64,000 nt of DNA from an uncultured Spirochaetota bacterium (GTDB taxonomy: Bacteria; Spirochaetota; Spirochaetia; SZUA-6; Fen-1364): contig CAVTHO010000003.1 of assembly GCA_963734545.1 (NCBI GenBank), forward strand, positions 288,001 to 352,000. Reading direction: 5' to 3'. Position 1 is the first letter of the stretch; every line of letters begins with the position of its first letter. The notes beneath the pieces are model-generated. The model worked only from the letters and a program-made list of their open reading frames with translations. It was not told the DNA's origin and made no database searches. Positions 9,884-18,444 of this stretch are shown one piece after another. Both the position numbers and the translations under genes were made by a program.

Positions 9884-10558
9884 GTGACGGAGAAAAGGAT
9901 CAAGCTGAGGGGCGTGCAGCGTCGTGTGGCCGAGCAGGTCGCGAAGAGCGCGTTTACGATCCCTCACGTGACAACGATTCGCGAAGTCAGGATGCAAAAG
10001 GTCGACGAGGTCAGGAGAAACCTTGCCGGCCAGTTCGGGAAGCTCACGACAATGCCTTTCATCATCAAGGCAGTCGTGTCGTCGATACAGCAGCAACCCG
10101 TGCTCAACGCGAGTCTTGACGGTGACGACATCGTTCTGCATGACTCGGTCAACATTGGAATTGCAGTCACGGTAGGGAATGACCTCTTTGTGCCGGTCAT
10201 GAGGGAAGTCCAGTCCATGGCTTTTCGAAATGTCGTGGAGAGCCTGGACGACCTCGTCGACAGGACGAGGTCACGAAAGCTGCAACTGGAAGATCTTCGC
10301 AATGCGACTTTCACGATCACCAACTCGGGCGCGTTGGGCGGCGAAATCTTCACGCCAATCATAAGTGTTCCGCAATCGGCGATCCTTGGTATCGGCCGAA
10401 TACAGAACAAGCCCGTGGTGGACTCAAACAATGCCATCGTCGTCTGCCCAATGATGTATCTGTGTCTCTCCTATGACCACCGAATAATCAATGGGAGTGA
10501 CGCCGTGCGTTTTCTCGACGCAATTGACAGGTGGCTCCAGGACCCGGTGCCGGACTAG
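9884..10558 (+). CDS. Stand-alone 2-oxoacid dehydrogenase E2 acyltransferase catalytic domain
   Basis: IPHVT, TFTITNSG, FTPII, LSYDHRIING; no lipoyl or subunit-binding domain; GTG start after GGGAAGGA. Confidence 0.88.
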   Translation: MTEKRIKLRGVQRRVAEQVAKSAFTIPHVTTIREVRMQKVDEVRRNLAGQFGKLTTMPFIIKAVVSSIQQQPVLNASLDGDDIVLHDSVNIGIAVTVGNDLFVPVMREVQSMAFRNVVESLDDLVDRTRSRKLQLEDLRNATFTITNSGALGGEIFTPIISVPQSAILGIGRIQNKPVVDSNNAIVVCPMMYLCLSYDHRIINGSDAVRFLDAIDRWLQDPVPD

Positions 10559-10580
10559 AGATCTCTCTCCGATGTTGTCC

Positions 10581-10608
10581 TTGACAATGCTTATGGGGCT
10601 GGTACAAT
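10581..10608 (+). promoter_or_regulatory. Sigma70 promoter for the E1/CoA-transferase operon
   Basis: TTGACA-16 bp-TACAAT with extended -10 TGn. Confidence 0.72.
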
Positions 10609-10612
10609 ATAC

Positions 10613-10628
10613 GTATCGATGACTATAC
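10613..10628. promoter_or_regulatory. Putative GntR/HutC-type operator
   Basis: GTATCGATGACTATAC; shares GTATnGAnnnCTATAC with 9787-9802. Confidence 0.6.
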
Positions 10629-10674
10629 AATCTCCATCTCCTCCAAGTGTTTCAAGGTGCGGAGGATCGGCACA

Positions 10675-11634
10675 ATGCTTCTAGACACAAACGCATTGCT
10701 GGATCTCTACTATTATCTTTTCCTGACGCGGAGCTTTGAGAACTCGCTTGTCGAGATGTTTGCTGATAAGTCCTTGCCCGAAAAGCCAATGACGAGCATA
10801 GGCCAGGAAGCGACAGCCGTCGGCGCCACGTTTTGCCTCCGCAAGGATGACTATGTGCTCCCTGCGTTGAGAACGCGCGGTGCCTTCTTCACCAAGGGCA
10901 TCACTGCTACAGAATACCTGCTCGAAGTACTTCGGAAGGGCACAAGCATATCAGGCGGGAGATGGACTGCGCACCACCTGGGCGACATTACTCGTGGGAT
11001 CATTCTCGGGAGTGCCGTTGTCAGCAGCTCTTTGCCAGTGGCGGCAGGCACGGCCCTGTCAGCAAAGATCCGCGGCACCGATCAGGTCACGCTTGCTTTT
11101 TTTGGCGACGGCGGAAGCAGCACCGGAGAAGTCCATTCCGCCATGAATTTTGCCGCGGTTCTGAACCTCCCGGTCGTGTTCGTCTGCGAGAACAATCGCT
11201 ATTCCCTTTCCACGCCGATAGCACTTCAAACCCGCAATGAAGACATTGCGGATCGTGCGTTCGGCTATGGGATGGAAGGAGACATCGTGGACGGCCAGGA
11301 TGTCATCGAGGTGGTTCATTCTGTCTCGAGGGCAGTCCAGCGCGCACGGCGTGGAAGCGGGCCTTCTCTGGTCGAATGCAAGACATATCACTTTCGAGGT
11401 CATTCCGAAAGCCACCATCCAGACGACGGAAGACCAGTTGAGGAGCTTGCCAGGTGGCGTGCGCGAGATCCGGTACAACTGTTCGAGGCATACCTGAAGA
11501 ATAATGGATTCTCGGATCGTCAGCTCGAATCCATCCGATCTCGGGTAGCTTCCGAGATCCAGACCGCCCGAGAGGTCGCCGCCGCCGCGCCGGAGCCTGC
11601 GACGGACGCCGTCCTCTGGAACGCGTATGCCTGA
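10675..11634 (+). CDS. TPP-dependent dehydrogenase E1 alpha subunit
   Basis: IGQEA, TPP motif GDGG...ENN, VDGQD, FRGHS. Confidence 0.92.
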   Translation: MLLDTNALLDLYYYLFLTRSFENSLVEMFADKSLPEKPMTSIGQEATAVGATFCLRKDDYVLPALRTRGAFFTKGITATEYLLEVLRKGTSISGGRWTAHHLGDITRGIILGSAVVSSSLPVAAGTALSAKIRGTDQVTLAFFGDGGSSTGEVHSAMNFAAVLNLPVVFVCENNRYSLSTPIALQTRNEDIADRAFGYGMEGDIVDGQDVIEVVHSVSRAVQRARRGSGPSLVECKTYHFRGHSESHHPDDGRPVEELARWRARDPVQLFEAYLKNNGFSDRQLESIRSRVASEIQTAREVAAAAPEPATDAVLWNAYA

Positions 11635-11671
11635 GATCGGCCAGCCAACCGGCGATTGAGGAGTATGCACA

Positions 11672-12673
11672 ATGGTAACAACTGTGTCCGGTGCATTGAG
11701 GGAGGCACTCAAGAAGGCCTTGCGCGATGACAACACAGTCTTTCTCATGGGTGAGGACATCGCGGAATACGGGGGCATATACAGGGTCACGCGAGGTCTG
11801 AGCGACGAATTCGGCCGTGATCGAGTCATTGATACGCCGATGGCGGAGATCAGCATCGTTGGCGCAGGCATCGGGGCGGCAGTCACCGGTCTGCGACCGG
11901 TGGTGGAGATAATGTATGCCGACTTTCTGCCAATCACGATGGATCAAATAGTAAACAACGCCGCCAAGTTCTACTTCCTGTCCGGCGGCAAGACACCGGT
12001 CCCGTTGGTCGTTCGGTGCAACTTCGGCGCCGGGAAGGCGGAGGGGGCGCTCCAGAGTCAGACTCCCGAAGCATGGTTCCTCAATTTCCCTGGCGTCAAA
12101 GTGGTGATGCCCTCCAACCCGCAAGACGCCTATGGATTGCTGCTGAGCAGCATCTACGACAACAATCCCGTTTTGTTCTGCGAGCACAAGATGCTCTATG
12201 CTTTGCGCGGCGAACTCGACGTGAGTCAGCCGCTGCCTCCCATTGGCTCGGCGTCTGTCAGCAGAAAGGGCGAAGAGATCACAATCGTTTCCTGCGGACA
12301 CATGCTTCACAAATGCCTCGACGCGGCAGCCCAGCTCTCCAAGGACGGCATTTCCGCGGAGGTGATTGACGTACGTACATTGAAACCTCTCGATGAGTCG
12401 ACGGTCTGCGAATCGGTCCGAAAGACCGGTCGTCTCCTCGTTGCAGAAGAGAACCCCAGGACCGGCGGCTGGGGACTGCAAGTCCTTGAATCGGTGGTCA
12501 CGAATTGCTTCTCGGAGATGAAGGAACCACCCCGACGGATCTCTGCGATGGACGTGCCGCTTCCCGCAGCGAAGAATCTCGAAGAGTTTGCCGTGCCGAC
12601 GGTGGGCAGCATTGTCAGCGCAGTCCGGCACGTGCTTGTGCCCGGCAAGAAGCTGCAGAGGAGCCACTCGTGA
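11672..12673 (+). CDS. TPP-dependent dehydrogenase E1 beta subunit
   Basis: GEDI, DTPMAE, RPVVEIMYADF, DVRTLKPLD, SVRKTGR. Confidence 0.92.
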   Translation: MVTTVSGALREALKKALRDDNTVFLMGEDIAEYGGIYRVTRGLSDEFGRDRVIDTPMAEISIVGAGIGAAVTGLRPVVEIMYADFLPITMDQIVNNAAKFYFLSGGKTPVPLVVRCNFGAGKAEGALQSQTPEAWFLNFPGVKVVMPSNPQDAYGLLLSSIYDNNPVLFCEHKMLYALRGELDVSQPLPPIGSASVSRKGEEITIVSCGHMLHKCLDAAAQLSKDGISAEVIDVRTLKPLDESTVCESVRKTGRLLVAEENPRTGGWGLQVLESVVTNCFSEMKEPPRRISAMDVPLPAAKNLEEFAVPTVGSIVSAVRHVLVPGKKLQRSHS

Positions 12674-12912
12674 AAGAGAAAGCAGTAGTCATCCCGCGGG
12701 TCGACGATGTGCCCGAGGTCGAGATATCCAAATGGTATGTTCACGAAGGCGACCGGATAACACCTGATGCATTGCTCGCTGAATTGCTAGCCGACAAAGC
12801 AGCCGTGGAGCTTCGGTCCGAGGATTCCGGCAAAGTCGTGCGGGTCCTGAAGGCGGAGGGCGAGGTGGTCAAAGTCGGGGACACTGTCCTCATCATCGAG
12901 TGCGATGAATAA
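12670..12912 (+). CDS. Stand-alone lipoyl carrier domain protein (80 aa)
   Basis: WYVHEGD, ADKAAVE (lipoyl Lys), GEVVKVG; GTGA overlap with the E1 beta stop. Confidence 0.88.
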   Translation: MKEKAVVIPRVDDVPEVEISKWYVHEGDRITPDALLAELLADKAAVELRSEDSGKVVRVLKAEGEVVKVGDTVLIIECDE

Positions 12913-12947
12913 CGTCCTGATCCAGCACATTTAAGGAGGATATTGCA

Positions 12948-14138
12948 ATGCGTGGCTCACTGGAAGGAATCAGGGTGCTGGACCTGTCGCGCGTAATTTC
13001 CGGACCCCATTGCTGCATGATACTGGGGGACCTGGGAGCTGAGGTCATAAAGGTGGAAAAACCCCACACGGGGGATATGTCCCGGCAGAATTATCCGAAG
13101 GTCAACGATGAAAGCACCTACTTCATGGCGTACAACCGGAACAAGAGGAGCATCACGCTGGATTTCCGACATCCGGACGCGAAGGCGCTCTTCCTGAAAC
13201 TGCTGAAAAAAGCCGATGTTGTCGTGGAGAATTTCCGCGCAGGGACGATGGAAGAGATGAAACTTGGGTATGACGAACTGAGCAAGGTCAACCCCGGAAT
13301 CATTCTCACCAGGATATCAGGATTCGGCCAGGATGGACCGAGTTCGCACCGGACATGCTTTGACCCGGTGGCACAGGCGATCAGCGGGTTGATGGATGTG
13401 ACGGGACCCGAGGACGGTCCGCCCATCGTGCTTGGAACGTATGTCGTCGATTGTGCGAGCGCCCTGTACGCGGTGATCGGCACGCTGGCAGCACTCCACG
13501 CGCGCGAAAAAACCGGCAGGGGACAAGTGGTCGATGTGGCGCTGCTCGATACCGCTGTTTCGCTTCTGCACACCGCGATACCGGACTATCAACTCCTGGG
13601 TCAGAAGCTGACGAGAATCGGCAACAACGACCGCTATGCCTGGCCGGCCAATATCTACCAGGCCAGCAACGGGCGCTGGGTCTACATCCATGCGGGCATG
13701 GACAACACCTTCTCCGCGTTGATGAAGATCATGGGGAGGGAAGAGCTGCGGGAAGACGAAAGGTACAAAACGCGCAAAGCCCGGGAGGCCAACAAGCGGG
13801 CGTGTGATGATCTCGTCCAGTCATGGGTTTCTACGCTGCCCGCTGAAGAGGTGGTCGAGGTCGTGTCCCAGGCGGGCATCCCGTGCGCCCGGATCAACGA
13901 TGTGACCGAAATGATCGTGGACCCGCAGGTAAATCACCGGGGCATGGTGGCAAAGGTCGATCATCCGAAGGTGGGCGAGCTGCATCTCACCGGTCCGGTT
14001 GTGCACTTCTCAGATACAAAAGCGAGCATACGCAGCGCTCCGCCGCTGCTGGGCGAGCACAACAAAGATGTCTATGGCGAACTGCTGGGCCTGACGGAGA
14101 AGGAAATTGCTTCCCTGTCGGCAGACGGCCTGATATAG
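12948..14138 (+). CDS. CaiB/BaiF (family III) CoA-transferase
   Basis: LEGIRVLDLS, GAEVIKVE, NRNKRSITLD, ENFRAG, ISGFGQDGP, PPLLGEH. Confidence 0.93.
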   Translation: MRGSLEGIRVLDLSRVISGPHCCMILGDLGAEVIKVEKPHTGDMSRQNYPKVNDESTYFMAYNRNKRSITLDFRHPDAKALFLKLLKKADVVVENFRAGTMEEMKLGYDELSKVNPGIILTRISGFGQDGPSSHRTCFDPVAQAISGLMDVTGPEDGPPIVLGTYVVDCASALYAVIGTLAALHAREKTGRGQVVDVALLDTAVSLLHTAIPDYQLLGQKLTRIGNNDRYAWPANIYQASNGRWVYIHAGMDNTFSALMKIMGREELREDERYKTRKAREANKRACDDLVQSWVSTLPAEEVVEVVSQAGIPCARINDVTEMIVDPQVNHRGMVAKVDHPKVGELHLTGPVVHFSDTKASIRSAPPLLGEHNKDVYGELLGLTEKEIASLSADGLI

Positions 14139-14174
14139 CCGCAATTTGTATTGACGGCAGGAGGGGTAGATCAG

Positions 14175-15062
14175 ATGAAGAGTAAGCTTACAGACTTGAG
14201 CACGGCAGCACGAAAGGTACCCTCCGGAAGCAGTATCGCCATTGGAGGAAGCATCATTCGCCGGCAGCCGACGGCCTTCGCGCGCGAGCTGATTCGAAAC
14301 GGAATCAAGAACCTGACGATCTATGGTTATCCATGCGGATTGGCAACCGATATGCTTGCCGGCGTCGGGGCAGTGAAACGCATCGAGGCGGTATACACCG
14401 GACTTTTCGAATACGGCATGGCCTACAATATCCGCCGCGGCGTCGAGTCGGGCGCCATAGAAATGATTGATTTTCCCGAGGTTGCGCAATGTGCACGGTT
14501 TCAGGCCGCGGAGATGGGACTCCCTTTCCTGCCGACGAGGACGCTCAAAGCGACCGGGATGGCGCACTATAACCCGGAGCAGATCAAAGAGATCACCTGT
14601 CCGTTCACGGGTGAAAAGATGCATGCGGTGCCTGCAATCAATGCGGATTTCACGGTGCTGCACGGGTACTCCGGAGACGAATACGGAAATGTCCAGTGGC
14701 CGGAGCATCGTGACGCCGACGACCTCGACCCCCTGATGGCCAAGGCCGCCCGGAGGCTCATCGTGACAGTGGAAAAGATCGTTCCGCACTCGGAAATCAT
14801 CAAGATACCAAACAGCACATACATACCGCACCACTGGGTGGAAGCCATCGTCGAGGTTCCCTTCGGCGCTCATCCAGCCCAATGTGATGCGTTCTACGAC
14901 GAGGATGAAACTCACCTGGAGTACTACCAGGAGTGTGCCAGGGACCCTCAAAGGTGGGTCGCTGAGTACGCGCAGAAGTACATCTATGGAGTGAAAAGTC
15001 ACGAGGAATACCTGAACCTGGCAGTATCGCCGTATCGGCTCGCCAAGCTCATTGTACGATAG
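14175..15062 (+). CDS. Family I CoA-transferase-fold alpha subunit (GctA-like)
   Basis: GGSIIRRQP, AAEMGLPFLP, CPFTGE, DEYGNV, PFGAHP. Confidence 0.85.
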   Translation: MKSKLTDLSTAARKVPSGSSIAIGGSIIRRQPTAFARELIRNGIKNLTIYGYPCGLATDMLAGVGAVKRIEAVYTGLFEYGMAYNIRRGVESGAIEMIDFPEVAQCARFQAAEMGLPFLPTRTLKATGMAHYNPEQIKEITCPFTGEKMHAVPAINADFTVLHGYSGDEYGNVQWPEHRDADDLDPLMAKAARRLIVTVEKIVPHSEIIKIPNSTYIPHHWVEAIVEVPFGAHPAQCDAFYDEDETHLEYYQECARDPQRWVAEYAQKYIYGVKSHEEYLNLAVSPYRLAKLIVR

Positions 15063-15074
15063 AAGGAGTTCATC

Positions 15075-15884
15075 ATGCCGGATGTTGGCGATTACACGGT
15101 GAACGAATTGATGGTGGCCGCCACTTCTCGCGAACTGCGGGATGGCGAGCTGGGTTTCATCGGGGTCGGAACGGCGGGGCGGGCGTATACGCTGGCAGTG
15201 GGGATTCCCATGGCCGCAGCCCGTCTTGCGCAGTGCACACATGCACCCGACTTCACCATTTTCTGGAACAACCTTCTGAGCCCGGACCTGGGTCAGATCC
15301 CACCGAAACTGACCCAGAACTATCTCACGAGGTGGCCGACAGCATATCAACCGGTATGTTCGGCGGACAAGAACGGCATGCTGGCTCGGGGCGAGTTCGA
15401 TGTCTCATTCGATTCTGCTCCACAGATAGACAAGTTCGGGAACCTGAACATCACCGCGATCGGCGATTACAGGAAGCCCAAGGTGAGGCTGGTCGGCTGC
15501 CTCGCGCAGACAGACCATTTCTCGTTCATCAAGCGTCCCATCATCATCACCGATTTGAAGAAGCGCGCCTTCGTCGAGAAGGTCGATTTCATCACCAGTG
15601 TCGGGTATCTGAGCGGAGGCGACAGCCGTGTACAAGCCGGCCTGTTGCCGTACGGACCGTGGAAGGTGATCACCGAAAGATGCATCTTCAACTTCCATGA
15701 GGTGCAGAAGGTCATGCAGATTGAATCCCTGCATCCCGGCGTCACGCTGGAAGAGGTTCTGGACAATATGAGCTTCACGCCGCTCATTCCCGAGAATATT
15801 CCAGTAACGGACGCGCCGACAGACGCGGAGGTGAAGCTCATTCGAGAAGTCATAGATCCGAACAGGATCCTCTTGAGGGCCTGA
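15075..15884 (+). CDS. Family I CoA-transferase-fold beta subunit (GctB-like), canonical Glu not evident
   Basis: QIDKFGNLN, FVEKVDFITS, SLHPGV, IDP terminus; expected ESG region reads IFWNN. Confidence 0.82.
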   Translation: MPDVGDYTVNELMVAATSRELRDGELGFIGVGTAGRAYTLAVGIPMAAARLAQCTHAPDFTIFWNNLLSPDLGQIPPKLTQNYLTRWPTAYQPVCSADKNGMLARGEFDVSFDSAPQIDKFGNLNITAIGDYRKPKVRLVGCLAQTDHFSFIKRPIIITDLKKRAFVEKVDFITSVGYLSGGDSRVQAGLLPYGPWKVITERCIFNFHEVQKVMQIESLHPGVTLEEVLDNMSFTPLIPENIPVTDAPTDAEVKLIREVIDPNRILLRA

Positions 15885-15899
15885 CAAGGAGCGCACCGA

Positions 15900-16838
15900 A
15901 TGATTATTGATACTCACTATCACTATGACGATTGGCCAAAGGACCCGGAGTCACAAAAAAGAAAGGCGTTGGGGTGGCTGTACGATGCCGAACGGTGTGG
16001 AGTGAAGAAGCCGTTGGACGAGGCCATGCCTTTCTATGCGGAGAACGTGGATGATCCCGACTGTCACAAGCTTATCAAGCGAATGGATGATTGTGGAATC
16101 AACCTGACCGTGCTGCTGATGCTGGACAACATCGATGAGGGCTTGGATGACGAGGCTGTTGTTTCCTGCAATGAAAAATGTGCCCGGGCGGCGGCCAGGT
16201 ATCCGGGCCGCCTTATTGCCATGGCGGGAATTGACCCCCGGCGCAGGGATGCGCCATCGCTATTTCGTCATTGCGTCGAGAAACTGCACATGAGCGGGCT
16301 GAAATGGCATCCAGATGTGGGCTATTACCCCAATAGCAGGGAAGCATATGCTGTTCTGGAAGTAGCAAACGAATTGGGGCTGCCGCTTGTCATCCATACG
16401 GGACCTCTTTCGGGTTCAAAAGCCAAGTATTCACATCCAATCCACCTTGATGAAATAGCCCTGGATTTCCCAAATATAAATATCGTGGCCGCACATTCGG
16501 GCGATATCTTCTGGCATGATTGGGCAGCGGTCGCGCACTACAAAAAGAACATCTATGGGGATCTCGCCATGTGGCAGCTGAGAGCTGAAAGCAAGCCTCA
16601 TCTCTTTCGCCGATATTTGAGAGAAATGCTGGATATCGTCGGGCCCGAACAAATCCTCTTCTGTACTGATGGAGTGGCATTTGACCTTCATGTGCCAGTT
16701 CAGAGATGGATAAACATAGTCAAGTCTCTGCCGGAAGATGTGCAGGATGGAATACGGTTCACCCAAAGTGAAATTGATGCGATTTTATGGCGAAATGCTC
16801 TAAAAGCCTTTCATCTGGAAAGACTTGTGCAATCATAG
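15900..16838 (+). CDS. Amidohydrolase_2-family metal-dependent hydrolase or decarboxylase
   Basis: IIDTHYH, GLKWHP, IHTG, AAHSG, LFCTD. Confidence 0.88.
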   Translation: MIIDTHYHYDDWPKDPESQKRKALGWLYDAERCGVKKPLDEAMPFYAENVDDPDCHKLIKRMDDCGINLTVLLMLDNIDEGLDDEAVVSCNEKCARAAARYPGRLIAMAGIDPRRRDAPSLFRHCVEKLHMSGLKWHPDVGYYPNSREAYAVLEVANELGLPLVIHTGPLSGSKAKYSHPIHLDEIALDFPNINIVAAHSGDIFWHDWAAVAHYKKNIYGDLAMWQLRAESKPHLFRRYLREMLDIVGPEQILFCTDGVAFDLHVPVQRWINIVKSLPEDVQDGIRFTQSEIDAILWRNALKAFHLERLVQS

Positions 16839-16893
16839 AGGAGTATGCTGCGCCCCGCGAAGTCGCACGATCGTCTCAAGAGGAATCAGGAGT

Positions 16894-16978
16894 TGCTGCG
16901 GACTGGACTTGAACCAGCACACCCTTTCGGGCACTAGCCCCTCAAGCTAGCGTGTCTACCAAATTCCACCACCGCAGC
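16894..16978 (-). tRNA. tRNA-Leu(GAG)
   Basis: GCTGCGG acceptor stem, D-loop GGAATTTGGTAGAC, anticodon loop TT-GAG-GG, long variable arm, GGTTCAAGTCC; CCA not encoded. Confidence 0.95.
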
Positions 16979-16989
16979 GAGAATGGCGA

Positions 16990-17018
16990 ACTATAGCCAT
17001 TCCCGGAACGCGTGTCAA
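16990..17018 (-). promoter_or_regulatory. Sigma70 promoter of the tRNA
   Basis: TTGACA-17 bp-TATAGT, 11 nt upstream of the tRNA. Confidence 0.78.
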
Positions 17019-17149
17019 TATTCGGTGCCGCCGGACACGTCCCGACCGTGTATCGGCATGCCCGCGCCCGGGCGCGAACACCCGTCCCCCGGGTACCCGC
17101 GCCGGATTCTCACCTTCCCGCGTGTCGTTTTCCTCCTTATATTGGGCCT

Positions 17150-18379
17150 GTGACCATGCACGGCAAAGAAGCAGCTTTCCTGCTCGAGCACTGCGATGTC
17201 GTTCTGCCCGACCAGCTGGTGCGGTCAGGGGCAGTGCTCGCCGCGGACGGGAAGATCCTCTTTGCGGGCGCAGCAGCCGACCTGCCGCACCCGGTTCCTC
17301 CCGGCTGCCGGCGGATACCGGCGGAGGGGGCCCTGGCGTGCCCCGCGCTCTGGGAGACGCACGTGCATGGCTGCGGCGGGGTGAGCACGGAGAACATGAG
17401 CGCGCAATCCCTGGCTGAAATGGCGGGGTTTCTGGCGGCCCGCGGCGTCGGGGCCTTCCTGCCCACCACGGTTGCGGATGAACGCTACCTGGCGAGCCTG
17501 GGTGACGCGCTGCATTCCGCGGCTGATGACGTGCGGGACCGGGCGCTCGGCATCCACGTCGAGGGTCCGTTCGTTGCGCGTTCCCGCCGGGGCGCGATAG
17601 ACGAGGCGCTGATCCGGCCGATATCGATCGAGTACCTGGAACGGATGATCTCGCTTGCCCGGGAGAAGATCCGCATCATGACATTTGCGCCGGAGCTTTC
17701 CGGCGCCGTCATGCTGGCGGATCGGCTGCGGGGTCTCGGCATCCTGCCATCCCTTGGACATTCCGCGGCGTCCTACGAATCGCTGGGCCCGTTTGACGCG
17801 GTCTCCCCGCTCTGCGTCACGCACCTGTTCAACGGCATGAGCGGCATATCCCACAAGGAACCGGGTCTCGCGCATTGGGCGCTCCTGAACAGGGAGGTCT
17901 TCACGGAGCTCAACTGCGACGGCACGCACGTGCACGACGCCGGCGTGCGGCTCGCGCTCAGGGCGCGTCCGTGGGAGAAGCTCGTCGTCATATCCGATGC
18001 GGTGACTCCCGCCGGTCTGTCCCTGCAGGATGCCGGCGGGAGCCCCGGCCGAGCCCCGGAGCCCGCCCACTCCCTGTATGGCAGGCCGCTCGTCGAAAGA
18101 GGCAATGGGCTGTACTACGCGGATACCGGTGTGCTGGTAGGCTCCCGCTGTCTCGTGCCTGATTGCGTGGCCCGGCTGGTCTTCGAGCTCGATGTGCCCC
18201 TTCCCGCGGCGGTCGCCATGGCCGCGCTGAATCCGGCGCGGCTTCTCGGCTTCCGCCGAAAAGGCGCCCTCCTTCCCGGTTATGACGCGGATGTGGCCCT
18301 GTTCAGCCGGGATTTCAAGCGCTGCTCGTTCCTTTCCTGGGAGGGACGGACGATCCACGAGGCCGCGCAGGAGGCATGA
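17150..18379 (+). CDS. nagA: N-acetylglucosamine-6-phosphate deacetylase
   Basis: HVHGCGG, HVEGPF, APE, GHS, THLFNGM, DGTHV, SDA; start GTG 17150 or ATG 17156. Confidence 0.88.
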   Translation: MTMHGKEAAFLLEHCDVVLPDQLVRSGAVLAADGKILFAGAAADLPHPVPPGCRRIPAEGALACPALWETHVHGCGGVSTENMSAQSLAEMAGFLAARGVGAFLPTTVADERYLASLGDALHSAADDVRDRALGIHVEGPFVARSRRGAIDEALIRPISIEYLERMISLAREKIRIMTFAPELSGAVMLADRLRGLGILPSLGHSAASYESLGPFDAVSPLCVTHLFNGMSGISHKEPGLAHWALLNREVFTELNCDGTHVHDAGVRLALRARPWEKLVVISDAVTPAGLSLQDAGGSPGRAPEPAHSLYGRPLVERGNGLYYADTGVLVGSRCLVPDCVARLVFELDVPLPAAVAMAALNPARLLGFRRKGALLPGYDADVALFSRDFKRCSFLSWEGRTIHEAAQEA

Positions 18380-18444
18380 AGCCTTGCCATCGAATCACCT
18401 CCCCGGTAGAGTAGCGCCATACTGGGGCAGAAAGGTGATCGATC

